A stretch of DNA of 64,000 nt from the human T2T-CHM13v2.0 reference genome, Homo sapiens. The notes beneath the pieces are model-generated. The model did not search any database, had not been told where the DNA came from, and worked only from the letters and a program-made list of their open reading frames with translations. How positions within the stretch are numbered: the first letter of the stretch is position 1; the number at the start of each line of letters is the position of its first letter. Below are positions 1-15,933 of this stretch, piece after piece. Where the stretch lies: assembly GCF_009914755.1 (NCBI RefSeq), contig NC_060940.1, one strand, 5' to 3'. A program made the translations under genes and the position numbers.

Positions 1-530
1 GATTTTTTTTTAAACTATCTCATTCTGTTGCCAAATATCACAGAAGTAATGAGGAGTTTAGTTACATTTGGCTGTTGTGCTCTGAAAGAGCCAGGTTTGG
101 AATTTGTGGGGGTGATCTAGGAAGAAGGTTCCAAAGAAGCAGAGGCATTTGTCAAGTTACCTACCCTATATCCAGCATCCTCCTCATGAGCTTCAGTAGC
201 TGCTCTTTGCCCACGCGTGTATCCTACGTTTGCTATTTGGGCAAACCATTACTTCAGTTATTTAACTTCCCTTTTTTTTTTAACTTCACCTTTGACTATG
301 AACAAGTAACGGTAACATTCCTTTTGTGTATTCAATAATGCAGTTAGTTTACCTTTTTCAGAATATTTTGAACAAAGATCTTTGTCTCTTTCTGCTGGAA
401 TGCGCACACAGTGAACGTTTGTTAGAACTACACACAATAAAGACACTGTTTTCCTTTTCTTGCCCCGACTACACTTATTATTTTTAATTTAAAAAGGTGT
501 TTTTTAAGTAGAAGTGTTGGTTTTGTAATC
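1..530 (+). promoter_or_regulatory. Probable end of a 3' UTR with polyadenylation signal (host gene not identified)
   Basis: Repeat-free, U-rich sequence. TGTA at 327-330, AATAAA at 436-441, T/GT-rich downstream element at ~496-528 (ggtgttttttaagtagaagtgttggttttgt). Further AATAAA at 911 and 925. Confidence 0.5.
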
Positions 531-1517
531 CTCAGGTGTTCTGGAAGAAAAGGATTTCAGAAGCATGACAGTCTCCCGTGTCTGTGCTAATGGTGTGTTT
601 AGCATAACGTGGTGGGGAGTTCCGTGGTTCTCCAGGATTCTCCTCACTGTTCTTTTCGTGAAGTGAATCGTTCATTTGATAATCGTGAAATGCAAAAAGC
701 AAGGCTGTGTTTTAATGGCTGTGAAGTGGGAACGGGGTAGCCAGGTTTGAGGTTCTGTTTCCACTGAAAATACCTACTGACAGAGAAGCCAGTACCAGGT
801 AATACTGTTTTGTTATCTGCAATTCCAGTCTTCAAATGATTGTTTTTCTTGGAAATAGCTAAACTGTTGGGGAAAATTAAACACTGAGATTGAAGTTTAG
901 TGACTGTGTTAATAAAACAAGGGAAATAAACCGTTTTTATAATTACCTTTGAAACATACTGATAGCCATCTAACATTACTAACATATCAGATTTCTGTTG
1001 AGAGATTGTTCATTAGGGCTCGGCTATTTCACTGTCACAGGAACTGAGGATTACTAACAGGAAAGGATAACCCCATTCTTGTTACCAAAGTTTGAATTTA
1101 ATGTTTAATCTTTGATACTAGTAAGAATTTATTATCACAGCACTGTCCCTGATGCTGAATAGTGGGTAGGTGCTTGACAAATCCTGGTTGATTCGTGAAA
1201 GCCTGAGGTAGAAGACTGTCCAATTATGTAAATTTAAGGGAAGAAATACCCACACAATCTGTTAAACTGCTGGTAATTGATAGCATAAATCTAACGTTAA
1301 TTAGTGAACTAGATTACTATGTATTTTCAAAGCCCAGTCAGCTTAATCACATATATACCAGCATTTTAAAAACAAAATTATTTGATGAAGCAGTGAGAGA
1401 CTAGAGTGGCTTTTCAGGTGAAACATGAGGATGCACTTGCAATGCTGTCATTTCTCTGATGCCTACTATGTGCCATGCAATGTGGTTTACAAACCTTGCT
1501 GATCCTTACTCTTACAG

Positions 1518-1556
1518 TGTCCTTACAAGGTAGTCCCTGTCTACCTTGTAAGGACA
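1518..1556. repeat. Perfect 16-bp inverted repeat, 7-nt loop
   Basis: TGTCCTTACAAGGTAG (1518-1533), TCCCTGT, CTACCTTGTAAGGACA (1541-1556). Confidence 0.95.
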
Positions 1557-1616
1557 TTTTTATGGCAACTCAGACAGCCACCTGACTTGACCACAGAGGT
1601 AAGAGGAGAGCCAGAG

Positions 1617-1912
1617 TTTTTGTTTTGTTTTGTTTTGAGACAGAGTCTCACTCTGTCCCCCAGGCTGGAGCACAGCGGCGTGATCTTGGTTCACTGCAAC
1701 CTCCACCTTCTGGGCTCAAGCAGTTGTCTCACTCACCCTCCCAAGTAGCTAGGACTATAGGCATGCGCCACCTCAACCGGCTAATTTTTGTATTTTTTTG
1801 TAGAGACAAGGTTATGCCATGTTGGCCAGGCTGGTCTTGAACTCCTGGCCTCAAGTGATCCACCCGCCTTGGCCTCCCAAAGTGCTGAGATTACAGGCGT
1901 GAGCCACCGCCT
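1617..1912 (-). mobile_element. Alu (J/S)
   Basis: Dimeric Alu; TSD gagagccag on both sides. Confidence 0.95.
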
Positions 1913-2176
1913 GAGAGCCAGGGTTTAAACCTGCCTCAGTAGAGACTAGTTTGAAATGACCCTTGAGTCCCATGCAAAAGTTTCCTGAAGCCAGTTAATG
2001 AGAATTTAGATCTGGACTATGTTGCTGGAAACAACTTTTCATAAGAGGCAAAGGATTGAGAATTGAGGACAACTGATGAAATCCTTAAGCAGCACAGATG
2101 AGAAGTCCTTGCATAACTCCATCAGTCTAGGATCCTGGATAAAATTTAACCTGGAACTGTGTATGTAAATATATAG

Positions 2177-2458
2177 TTTTTGGCTTTTGTAAAGAGGGTT
2201 TTGCTCTATTGTCCAGGTTGGAGAGCAGTGGCATGGTCATAGCTCACTGTAGCCTCAAACTCCTCTGCTCAAGTCTCAGCCTCCCAAGTAGCTCGGACTA
2301 CAGCTGTGTGCCACCATGCCCAGCAACGTCAAATTTTTTTTTTTTTTTTGTAGAGTCTATGTTGCCCAGTCTGGTCTCAAACTCCTGGCCTCAAGCCAAT
2401 CCTCCTGCCTCAGCCTCCTGAAGTGTGTGTTTACAGGCATGAGCCACTGTGCCTGGCC
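2177..2458 (-). mobile_element. AluJ-type
   Basis: gtcatagctcactgtagcctcaaactcc (J-type), dimeric. Confidence 0.9.
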
Positions 2459-2790
2459 CCAATTTCCTTTTTTCTTTTTTTCCCATTTTTCAGAAATTGA
2501 GGTGGGATTGTCTTCCCAAACAATACAATGATGTTCATAATAAGAATCTTCTGACAGACCTACTCACTCTGATTTTAATAACCTAAGAAATCTAATCAGA
2601 GACAAATAGAGATAGAACCAGGAGAGGCTAAGTCATGAACAGCACTGGAAAATGAGCTTCCGAGACTCCCAGTCTGACCCTTTTTTCTCTTTTGTAACTT
2701 TTTTTCCCTACCTCTCATCCTACCTCATCTTGCCCCCTTGCTTTGCCTTGTGTTTTATTTTATAAAAGACACCACCTCAGCTATACTCCT

Positions 2791-2926
2791 CTTTTCTTTT
2801 TCTTTTGTTTTAGAGCTGGGGTCTTGTTACGTTGCCCAGGCTGGACTGGAACTCCTGGGCTCAAGCCATCCTCCGACCTCAGCCTCCCCAGTAGCTGGGA
2901 CTACAGGCACGCACCACTGCACTGGC
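2791..2926 (-). mobile_element. Alu monomer (FLAM-like)
   Basis: Single Alu arm with T tail. Confidence 0.85.
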
Positions 2927-3164
2927 TACATCTTCATTTTTGTGTTGTGGTACAAAAATGTACTTGACACTCTGTCCTAAAAACACTGGGAAGAAATAAT
3001 TTGTTTATAAGCTGGACCATCCAGAAATAATGCAGTTCTGTTTGAACATCTCTATTCACCTTCGTTTAAAGCTACATTCTAGCTCTGGGCCTTTCATGTG
3101 AGTCAAATTTGCCTTTTAAGTTACTTCAAATAGGGCTTCTGAAACCCACGTCTCTTGACAACTA

Positions 3165-3905
<741 letters not shown>

Positions 3906-4513
3906 GAAACTCATTTTTTATTCCATGCCAAGTCTCAGTATCTCTGGAAAGAGGAAACATTCTTCACTTTAAAACACCTACAGATTATTATTGTCATAGA
4001 GTAGGATACAGAAACCCACTTAAGCTCACATAGGTAAGAGAGAAATGACTTGCTGTGAATCAGTAACGAATGAGTATCTGGTGGAACACAAGGGTAGAAA
4101 TCCCAGCTGGCCCTCCTGAGGAACTAGGAACAGGAACCAGAAACCCATAGGAACCAAAGTGGTTACTTTAGTTTCCTGTCTAAACTTCTGAAGGAAATTA
4201 ATAATTAGAAGTGAAAATGTGGTTGGCTGAGTAATATGAGTGTCTACTTCTGGTCCCATCAAGGGGATGGGGACCCATCCCCCAGCCTTGAATGGGAAAG
4301 GGATCATAGGGAAAGCAGTTTCCCCAGGGAGATGCTGTAATTGCATACTGCATGTATATTTAAATGTCTTCATTAATGAACTAAAAGCCCTCTGAAGGAA
4401 GGCACTTCTGCATTTCTCAGGGTGCCCTGCATTAGGCTGGGCCACAGGGAGGGCGAAGTGGATTCAGTATGGCTTATCATGCTGTGCCTGCATGCACAAC
4501 TATAGCCATGCTA

Positions 4514-5635
<1,122 letters not shown>

Positions 5636-5654
5636 TTCATAGATTTTAAAATTT

Positions 5655-5852
5655 CTTTTTATTTACATATTTATTTTTAGAGACAGGGTCTCAACTAGGT
5701 TGCCCAGGCAAGAGTGCAGTGGCTCTTCACAGGTACAATCAATCACTGCACACTGCAGTCTCAAATTTCTGGCCTTGAAGTGATCCTCCCTCCTCAGCCT
5801 CCTGAGTAGCTGGGACTACAGGCACATACCACCACACCACACCACGCTCAGG
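5655..5852 (-). mobile_element. Alu right-arm monomer (FRAM-like)
   Basis: Single arm with T-rich tail. Confidence 0.8.
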
Positions 5853-5878
5853 TTTCACAGAATTTTATAGTGGATTGA

Positions 5879-6184
<306 letters not shown>

Positions 6185-6416
6185 CCAAAAGGTGTTTAGT
6201 AACTTGCCTAAATGTGGATAGCCAAAGGCCATCAACCATTTTTGGAAAGCCTTCCCATGAAACTTAGAGACCAAAACAAAATAAGAAAAAGAAAAAAACA
6301 ATGCAGAATAAAACTGACAGGGAAAACAAAACAACAAGCTGATAACACCAAAGAGATGAGAGATGACATTGTCTCCATGAATACAGTAGGATGCTATTTT
6401 AGAAAAGGAATATTCA

Positions 6417-6755
<339 letters not shown>

Positions 6756-7110
6756 TTATAAGCAGCATTGTAAAGAAATACTTGTCTGAAAGCCTTTTCT
6801 TGGCTTTTTTTTTTTTAGGATCAATTTCTTGCTCTGAAGTTATTCAGTCTAAAGATGTGTATATTGTTAAGTCTCTGTATCACTTTCTAACTACTTTCTA
6901 AGAGTGGCACAATTTACCGTCCCACCAGCAAGATCTAAGAATGCCCGTTTCACTGTGGAACTGGATATTTTGCATCTTAAATCCAATGCTGGTGTACCTT
7001 TTCTTAGGTACCTGGAAAGTAGAAATCATTTTGGTCACATAATTCTTTTAAAATGAATCCAATCTATTTACTTAAGAAATCATTTGCTCATAAGAATTAT
7101 GAATTATCAC

Positions 7111-7406
<296 letters not shown>

Positions 7407-7988
7407 TGAGAACTGCCTGTTTTTCAATATCTTCTATGAATTGATCCAATACTACCTATCAGATTTTATTGCCTAGAGAACCTACTTTCAGCTGGCCACA
7501 TCCACTGTCTTCTGCTCCCACCTTGTTCTTTCCTACCCCTTGTACTTTTGAGCGTTGTTTTCCATGAGCCAATATCCAATATCCACTCCCACCCATTTCT
7601 GTTGGCAAATGAATTTTGTCATGAGTTCTGGCTCCAGTGGATGGGCTTGGGTTGCCTGGAGCACTGTGTTGGGTCTGAGCTCAGTAGGAAGTGGAACCAC
7701 ACTGGCATGAAGAGAGTGGCAGTACACAGGCAGCATATTTGCCACATCGGCCTAGCTAAGTCATATCCAGCCTTCAAAGACCAGCCTAAGTCTCACTTTC
7801 TCCATGAAACCTCAAATCACTCTTGTCCACTCCAACTGAATTCTCCCTTCCCTGAGTCCCTGTCACACTTGTGCCATGTCATTTTTTGGCACCTGAATGG
7901 TTTTTGTTAGTCTTCCCAAATAGACTGGAGTCTCTGAAGGCAGAGATGGGGCAGTATTCTTACTCTATGTTCCTTCACTATACCAGTA

Positions 7989-8362
7989 TGTATTAGTCTG
8001 TTTTCACACTGCTGATAAAGACATACTGAGACTGGGCAATTTACAAAAGAAAGGTTTAATTGGACTTACAGTTCCATGTGGCTGGGGAAGCCTCACAATC
8101 ATGGCGAAGGCAAGGAGGAGGAACAAGTCCCGTCTTACATGGATGGCAGCAGGCAAAGAGAGAATGAGAAAGACACAAAAGCAAAAACCCCGATAAAACC
8201 ATCAGATCTCGTGAAACTTATTCAATACCATGAGAACAATATGGAGGAAACCGCCCCCATGATTCAATTATCTCCCACCAGGTCCCTCCCTCAACACTTG
8301 GGAATTATGGGAGTACAGTTCAAGATGGGATTTGGGTGGGGACACAGAGCCAAACCATATCA
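7989..8362 (-). mobile_element. THE1 (ERVL-MaLR) solo LTR
   Basis: tgtattagtctgttttcacactgctgataaagaca...ggggacacagagccaaaccatatca; TG..CA ends; 5-bp TSD cagta/cagtg. Confidence 0.95.
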
Positions 8363-9194
8363 CAGTGCAACGCCCTACACATAGAAGATGCTCAGAATCC
8401 ATTGGATTGCTTGGCTGGGGGTAGTTTTAGCAAAACAGAAGTGAAAAATGTGCACTCTGCTGGTATGGTAGAAAAGAGCATTCCTCTTAAAATCTCCACA
8501 ACCTTCATCTGACCTTCACGGAACAAATTAACAGAGGCTTCTTTGTAACATTGAGGGTCCTCATTGGAGGATCCTTGGCTACATTGGGTCTTGACATCAT
8601 GAAATATTCAACTTCTTTCAAGAAGGCCTAACCTACACTGAAAAGCAAAGGGAAGTAGTATTAAGTTACAAATAAAAGATACATTTCTGGTTGACATAAG
8701 AATGAACAGCAAAATGTATATGACTCCTATGTTATTCTTGAAAAGGAATTGGAATTCTAACAGGAATGAAAATTTAAACATCCCAGGAATACTGAATGGC
8801 TGTTGGATATCATAAAAACAACCAAAATATTTGATGATTGTGCAATATTATATTTTTACTTTGTAAAAAGGAATAAATTTTCTAAAACTTGGGTAGGATT
8901 AGGCCCATCAAGATCAGGTACTATTGGTGTACCTTCTCATATTAGAACTGTGCCTATTAGCTATAATGTTTATAATATTTGTGCTGACACAATGCCTTAT
9001 AAATATAGTACAATTAAAATCTTAGAAACATTTAAAAAAAAACCTTCCTCAGGAATGTTAGTTTTCTGAAGGATGTGCTGAACTTTTCACTCTTCAATTG
9101 GAATTGCCCTGGTATTCATCCTCTCTTGCTGGTATTAAGAATAATATTACTTTGTGTGTTCATCCTCTGCGAATGATTATTTAAAGACCTCTTA

Positions 9195-9493
<299 letters not shown>

Positions 9494-9611
9494 GAGATGG
9501 AAGTGTGTTACATTCTCAGCCACCTTGAGAATATAAATATTAATACATGTATCCATATGTATGATTCATATTTATAATATCCTTTAGAAAAAAATGGGAC
9601 TTTTACATTTT

Positions 9612-9900
9612 AATTATAATTTATTAAGAGACAGGATCTCACTGTCACCGAAGCTAGAGTACAGTGGTGCATTCATAGCTCACTTCAGCTGCAAACTCCA
9701 GGGCTCAAGCACTCCTCCTGGCTCAGTCTCCTGAGTAGCTGGGACTAAGGATGTGCACCATCCCACCGCTAATTAAAAAATTTTTTTTTGTACAGACAGT
9801 GTGTTGCTACGTTGCTCAGATTGGTCTCGAATTTCTGGGCTCGAGCAATCCTGCCTTGGCCTCCAAAAAATGCTGAGATTATAAGCATAAGCCACCGTGA
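9612..9900 (-). mobile_element. AluJ-type
   Basis: Diverged dimeric Alu. Confidence 0.88.
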
Positions 9901-9903
9901 CTG

Positions 9904-10210
9904 TTTTTTTTTTTTTTTTTTTGAGACGGAGTCTCAAAACAGCCTGTCGCCCAGGCTGGAGTGCAGTGGCGTGATCTCAGATCACTGCAAGCTCTGCCTC
10001 CCGGGTTTCTGCCATTCTCCTGCCTCAGCCTCCTGAGTAGCTGGGACTACAGGTGCCCGCCACCACACCTGGCTAATATTTTTTGTATTTTTAGTAGAGA
10101 CGGGGTTTCACCATGTTAGCCAGGATGGTCTTGATCTCCTGACCTTGTGATCCGCCCACCTTGGCCTCCCAAAGTGCTGGGACTACAGGCATGAGCCACC
10201 ACGCCCGGCC
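9904..10210 (-). mobile_element. AluY-type
   Basis: Y-type positions gcaagctctgcc, ccattctcc, ttagccaggatggtc. Confidence 0.93.
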
Positions 10211-10521
<311 letters not shown>

Positions 10522-11129
10522 TAATGGTGGCAATTTTTAATTGTAAAAATTGGGCTTTTAATGTGAGAGGATATTCAAACATCTAGGGCAACTGAATGGC
10601 TATTGGATATTATTGAGGTAACTGAAGGAACCTGGAGTCTTTGGAAGAGCTGCAGCTTGCACACCTTGAGGCATTTAAATGACATGCCCCGTGTGCACTG
10701 CATGTCATCATGTGATTTGCAAAGAGGGGGGACTCGTCCTAAATTGGACTGAAACATGATGTCCCATGCTTAACATAACTGGTAACAGACACTATCCCAA
10801 TAATTAAAAAAAATATGTTTATGACTTAGTACCCAAAGAGGCAATTCAGTCAGGAAGGATCGTTGACGTTCAGAGGAGAAAGAGCAAGAGCTGCTGTGTT
10901 TATTTTGCCATGGTCAATTTATTCTTTCATCAAAGAGTTACTTTCTTCCCTCTAACCCTGAATCTCCAACAGTATGTTTAGCCACGTACCTCCCCTGTTT
11001 ATAACTCTTGTTACCAATTAGTAATGTAAAGCATGTTTATAAAGGAAAGCAGACACTTTCCATTTAGTTACATGTCTTTCTCTGGGGAGCTTTGGAGTGG
11101 ACCTCTCAACGTCCATCCCACCCCAATGA

Positions 11130-11496
11130 TAGGTCTAGGACATTGGGATAATCCCAGCCCCTGGTCTGGCTGGTTGCACATGTGACCCTGTTCTCACCAA
11201 TGGACTGTGAGGTGCTGTCTGCAGAGGGACCTCTGGGAGAAGTTTCCTCTCCAAAGAGAGAGCCACAAGAAAGAGCATTGGTGGCTGTTCTACCACCAGC
11301 TGGAGCAGGAAGCAAACAGCAAGGATGGCCAAGGCAGGAGGTGGAAAGAACATGGGTCTCTGTTGACTCAAGCTGCTCACTCAGTTAACCCTGCAGCAGG
11401 GCTTCCATTTATGTGGAGATCATAAATTTTCTTGTTGTTTAAGCCATTTGAGTTGAGGTTTCTATTACTTGCAGCTGGAAGCATCCTCACTGATAA
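11130..11496 (+). mobile_element. MLT1-family (MLT1J/K-like) LTR fragment
   Basis: 3' end tgtttaagccatttgagttgaggtttctattacttgcagctggaagcatcctcactgata. Confidence 0.65.
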
Positions 11497-11599
11497 ACTA
11501 TTCCTAAGAGGAATGACTCATGGGCAAGCAATCCTCCCAGCTTCTGATTAACGCTGGCCTCCAGAGATAATTATCTGGGCCATCAGATATATAAAAATA

Positions 11600-11790
11600 T
11601 GGAGGTCAGAATATTAAAGTTATAATGGTTGCCTTTAGGGAGAGGGTGGCGACAGTGACTGAGAGGGGCTTCTGGAATGCCAGTAAATTCTTGATCTGGG
11701 TGGTGGTTATAGTTTACTTTAGGGTAAATTCACTGAGCTGTGTGCTTATGATTTGTGTGTTTTTTGGTAAGTTCTACGTCAATTTAAAAA
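11600..11790 (+). mobile_element. L1ME-type 3' end fragment
   Basis: cttgatctgggtggtggttat...aaattcactgagctgtg. Confidence 0.65.
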
Positions 11791-12276
11791 GTTTATTTTT
11801 TAAGTGTTATATTGTAGCCAGACCTCTAAACAAACTGTTTATATCTTGCCTGGAAGGATATGGATGGCATATTGTGGTTATTGTACCAGGCAGCCGAATG
11901 AAGCGGTAGGTTCTGCTTTCTTTCACAAACTCCCAGAAGCTTATTGTAAAGCTTTCCTGTCACCAGTGTGTGGCCAACCCACGCTTATCTCAGTCGAAAT
12001 GTTTTCCCTTTTGGTTTGGATGGAAGGGCCTCAAAGCCTTGCCAATGAACAGCTTCATCATTTTTAGAACCCAGTCATAATTAATATGAAAAACCAGATA
12101 AAAACTAATGGACTAGCAACGGTCCTTGGAGAACTTTGTCCAGCAACATTTTGAGAGAAAGATTTTATTTATGGGAGGAAAACTCCAAAGAAATCACTGG
12201 ACTTAGAAGAAAGCAACTATAAACCTTACGCTGTCTAGGTTATTGAGAACTTTAGTTTTTATTTAGGTATGTATAT

Positions 12277-12392
12277 ATTTATTTATTTATGGAGACTGGG
12301 TCTCACTCTCACCCAGACTGGAGTACAGTGGTGTGATCATGGCTCCCTGTAGCCTCTGTCTTCTGTGATCCTCCTGCCTCAGGCTCCACTAA
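12277..12392 (-). mobile_element. Alu fragment
   Basis: Partial right arm. Confidence 0.75.
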
Positions 12393-12502
12393 TTTTCCTT
12401 ATTTGGATTTCCTCTAGTTGAGCCAGGTCTTTCTCCAGATACTTTGGTCCCCAAAGCCCACATATTCTTCTTCCATAAACAACAAAATGAGCTAGAGGTC
12501 TT

Positions 12503-12620
12503 GCTGGGAGTGGTGGCTCACGTCTGTAAGCCCAGTATGTTGGGAGGCTGAGGTAAGAGGATCACTTGAGCCCAGGAGTTCGAGACCAGCCTGAGCAACA
12601 TAGCCAGACCCCATCTCTAC

Positions 12621-12694
<74 letters not shown>

Positions 12695-13052
12695 CACACA
12701 CATATATATATACACACATATATACACACATATATATACATATATACACACATATATATACATATATACACACATATATATACATATATACACATATATA
12801 TACATATATACACACACACATATATATACATATATATATATATACACACATATATAAAAATTAGCTGGGCATGGTGGTGTGTGCCTGGAGTCCCAGCTAC
12901 TCGGGAGGCTGAGGCAGGAGGATCACTTGATCCAGGAGTTCGAGACCAGCCTGGCTGAGAGGCAGGAGGATCACTTGGGCCGAGATCACGCCATTGCACT
13001 CCAGCCTGGGTGACAGAGCGAGACTGTCTCAAAAAAACAAACACAAAAAAAA
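12503..13052 (+). mobile_element. AluJ-type with microsatellite in the central linker
   Basis: Left arm to ~12637, then TA/CA repeat, then right arm from ~12857. Confidence 0.92.
12638..12856. repeat. Compound (TA)n(CA)n/(TACA) microsatellite
   Basis: ~220 bp of alternating TA/CA, read directly. Confidence 0.97.
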
Positions 13053-13084
13053 TCCTTTCAGAATAGGGCATAAGTAGGTAAGTA

Positions 13085-13950
13085 CCTATATACAGTTATG
13101 AGCCATTCAGAATAAACCCCAATGTATCCATCACCCAGGACAAGAACTAGAACATTGGCTACAGCCTGGAAGACTTTCTTGTGCCCCTCTCTGACGTGTC
13201 TCCCTTTCTTCCTGCCAGAGACAACCAATATCCTGGTTTTTTGGTTGTAATTTTTTTAAAATAGTTTTTGTACCTACACTTGCAATCTTAAACCACATGA
13301 TTTAGTTTTGCTTGTTCTGGAACTTTGTATAAATGAAATCATAATGTATGTATTCTCTTGTGATGTGTTTCTTTCAACAATATGTTTGTGAGATTCACCC
13401 ATGCTGTTATGTGTAGCTGTCATTCGTATTTTTTTTGGATGCATCATCCACAATGTATTTATCTGATCTATTGTTTTATTTTTTGTTTTTGAGATGGAGT
13501 CTTATTCTGTCGGCCAGGCTAGAGTGCAGTGGTGGAATCTCGGCTCATTGCAACCTCCATACCCCAGGTTCAAGCAGTTCTCTTGCCTCAGCTTCCTGAG
13601 TAGCTGGGACTACAAGTGAGTGCCACCATGCCCGGCTAATTTTTTTATTTTTATTATTTTTTTAAATTTTTAGTAGAGACAGGGTTTTGCCATGTTGGCC
13701 AAGCTGTTCTCAAACTCCTGACCTCAGGTGATCTGTCTGCCTTGGCCTCCCGAAGTGCTGGGATTACAGGTGTGAACCACCACACCCACCTCAATCTACT
13801 GTTAATGGACATTAGGTCATTGGTTTTTTTTTTTGTTTTTTTTTGTTTTTTGCCAACAATACTACTATGAGCATTACTGCGTTTATAGCCTGGTTTGTGT
13901 GTGCAAGAATGTCTCCTGGATGTATACCTTGGAGTGGACCTGCAGTGTTG
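13085..13950 (-). mobile_element. Old L1M (ME/MB) 3' fragment, interrupted by an Alu
   Basis: ttgtataaatgaaatcataatgtatg, gagattcacccatgctgtt, gttaatggacattagg. Confidence 0.65.
13472..13790 (-). mobile_element. AluS
   Basis: Dimeric Alu; TSD-like atcta(t/c)tgtt. Confidence 0.93.
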
Positions 13951-14044
13951 AGCCTTCCTTTGATTCACATCCTTGTCTGTTTGGGTTCTTTTCCATGCAG
14001 ATGCCAATAACTGGGACCACAGGATAAAGAAAGTACTGGGTAGC

Positions 14045-14960
14045 CCCATGGAAAACACAGTATGCTTCCTCAAAAAGTTAAACATAGAGTTACCATGTGA
14101 CCCAGCAATTCCACTCTCAGATATGTACCCAAGAGTATTGAAAACATGCTCACACAAAAACAAGTATGCCGATGTTCATAGCAGCTTACTCCTAATAGCC
14201 CAAAGGGGCGGAAATGACCCAAACGTCTATCACCTGATGAATGGGTAAACAAAGTGTGTTGTCTCTATATACTGGAATGTTATTCAGCTATAAAAAGGAA
14301 TCAAGTATTGATACATGCCCCACCATGGGTGAACCTTAAGAATACTGTGCCTAAGTGAAAGAAGCCAGACACAAATGACCACATACTGTAACTTCCATTG
14401 GAATGAAAAGTCCAAAATAGGCAAGTTCATAGAGACAGAAGGTAGATAAGTTGTTTCCGGGTGCAGGGGGAGGGGAGATGTGGGGAGTCACTGCCAAAGG
14501 GCACAGAGTTCCTTTTTGAGGGGATGAAATTAGACAGTGGTAATGGTCTCATCTCATATGTTTGTGAATACACTGAAAAACACTAAATTGTATACTTTAA
14601 AAGGGTGAATTTTGTGGTGCATAAATTCTTTTTTTTTTTTTTTTTTTTGAGATGGAGTCCTGCTCTGTCATCCAGACTGGAGTGCAGTGATGCGATCTCA
14701 GCTTACTGCAACCTCCGCCTCCTGGGCTCAAACCATCCTCCCACCTCAGCCTCCTGAGTGGCTGGGACTACAGGCGCACATCACCATGCCCAGACAATTT
14801 TTGCATTTTTAGTAGAGACGGGGTTTCCCCATGTTGGCCAGGCTGGTCTCAAACTCCTGACCTCAAGTGATCCACCTGCCTCGGCCTCCCAAAGTGCTGG
14901 GATTACAGGTGTGAGCCACCACACCCGACCCATAAATTCTTTCTTAATAAAAATGTAAAT
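14045..14960 (+). mobile_element. L1MB-type 3' end, interrupted by an Alu
   Basis: aaaaagttaaacatagagttaccatgtgacccagcaattccactc ... tgtatactttaaaagggtgaatttt. Confidence 0.85.
14629..14930 (-). mobile_element. Alu (S/J)
   Basis: TSD CATAAATTCTTT. Confidence 0.95.
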
Positions 14961-15094
14961 AAAATCACAATATCTTTATCATTGATTTATGTATTCAAAA
15001 CACACGCATTAAGTACCTAAGACACGCCAGACATTCCCCAGCACGTTGCTGGGAAACACTGTATGAGTCAGACGTGGCCCCAGTATTGATCAGA

Positions 15095-15933
<839 letters not shown>

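Larger units (their letters stand above)
1455..1945 (-). mobile_element. Degenerate MIR, interrupted by an Alu
   Basis: gcctactatgtgcca ... cctgacttgaccaca ... gagccagggtttaaacc resembles reverse-complement MIR. Confidence 0.5.

Noticed and set aside
1-460. Assigning a gene symbol to the 3' UTR
   Set aside because: I do not recognise the sequence; a BLAT search is needed.
12492-13071. Low-complexity ORFs (MCVYIYICIY..., YIHTHIY...)
   Set aside because: Translations of a TA/CA microsatellite that lacks stop codons.
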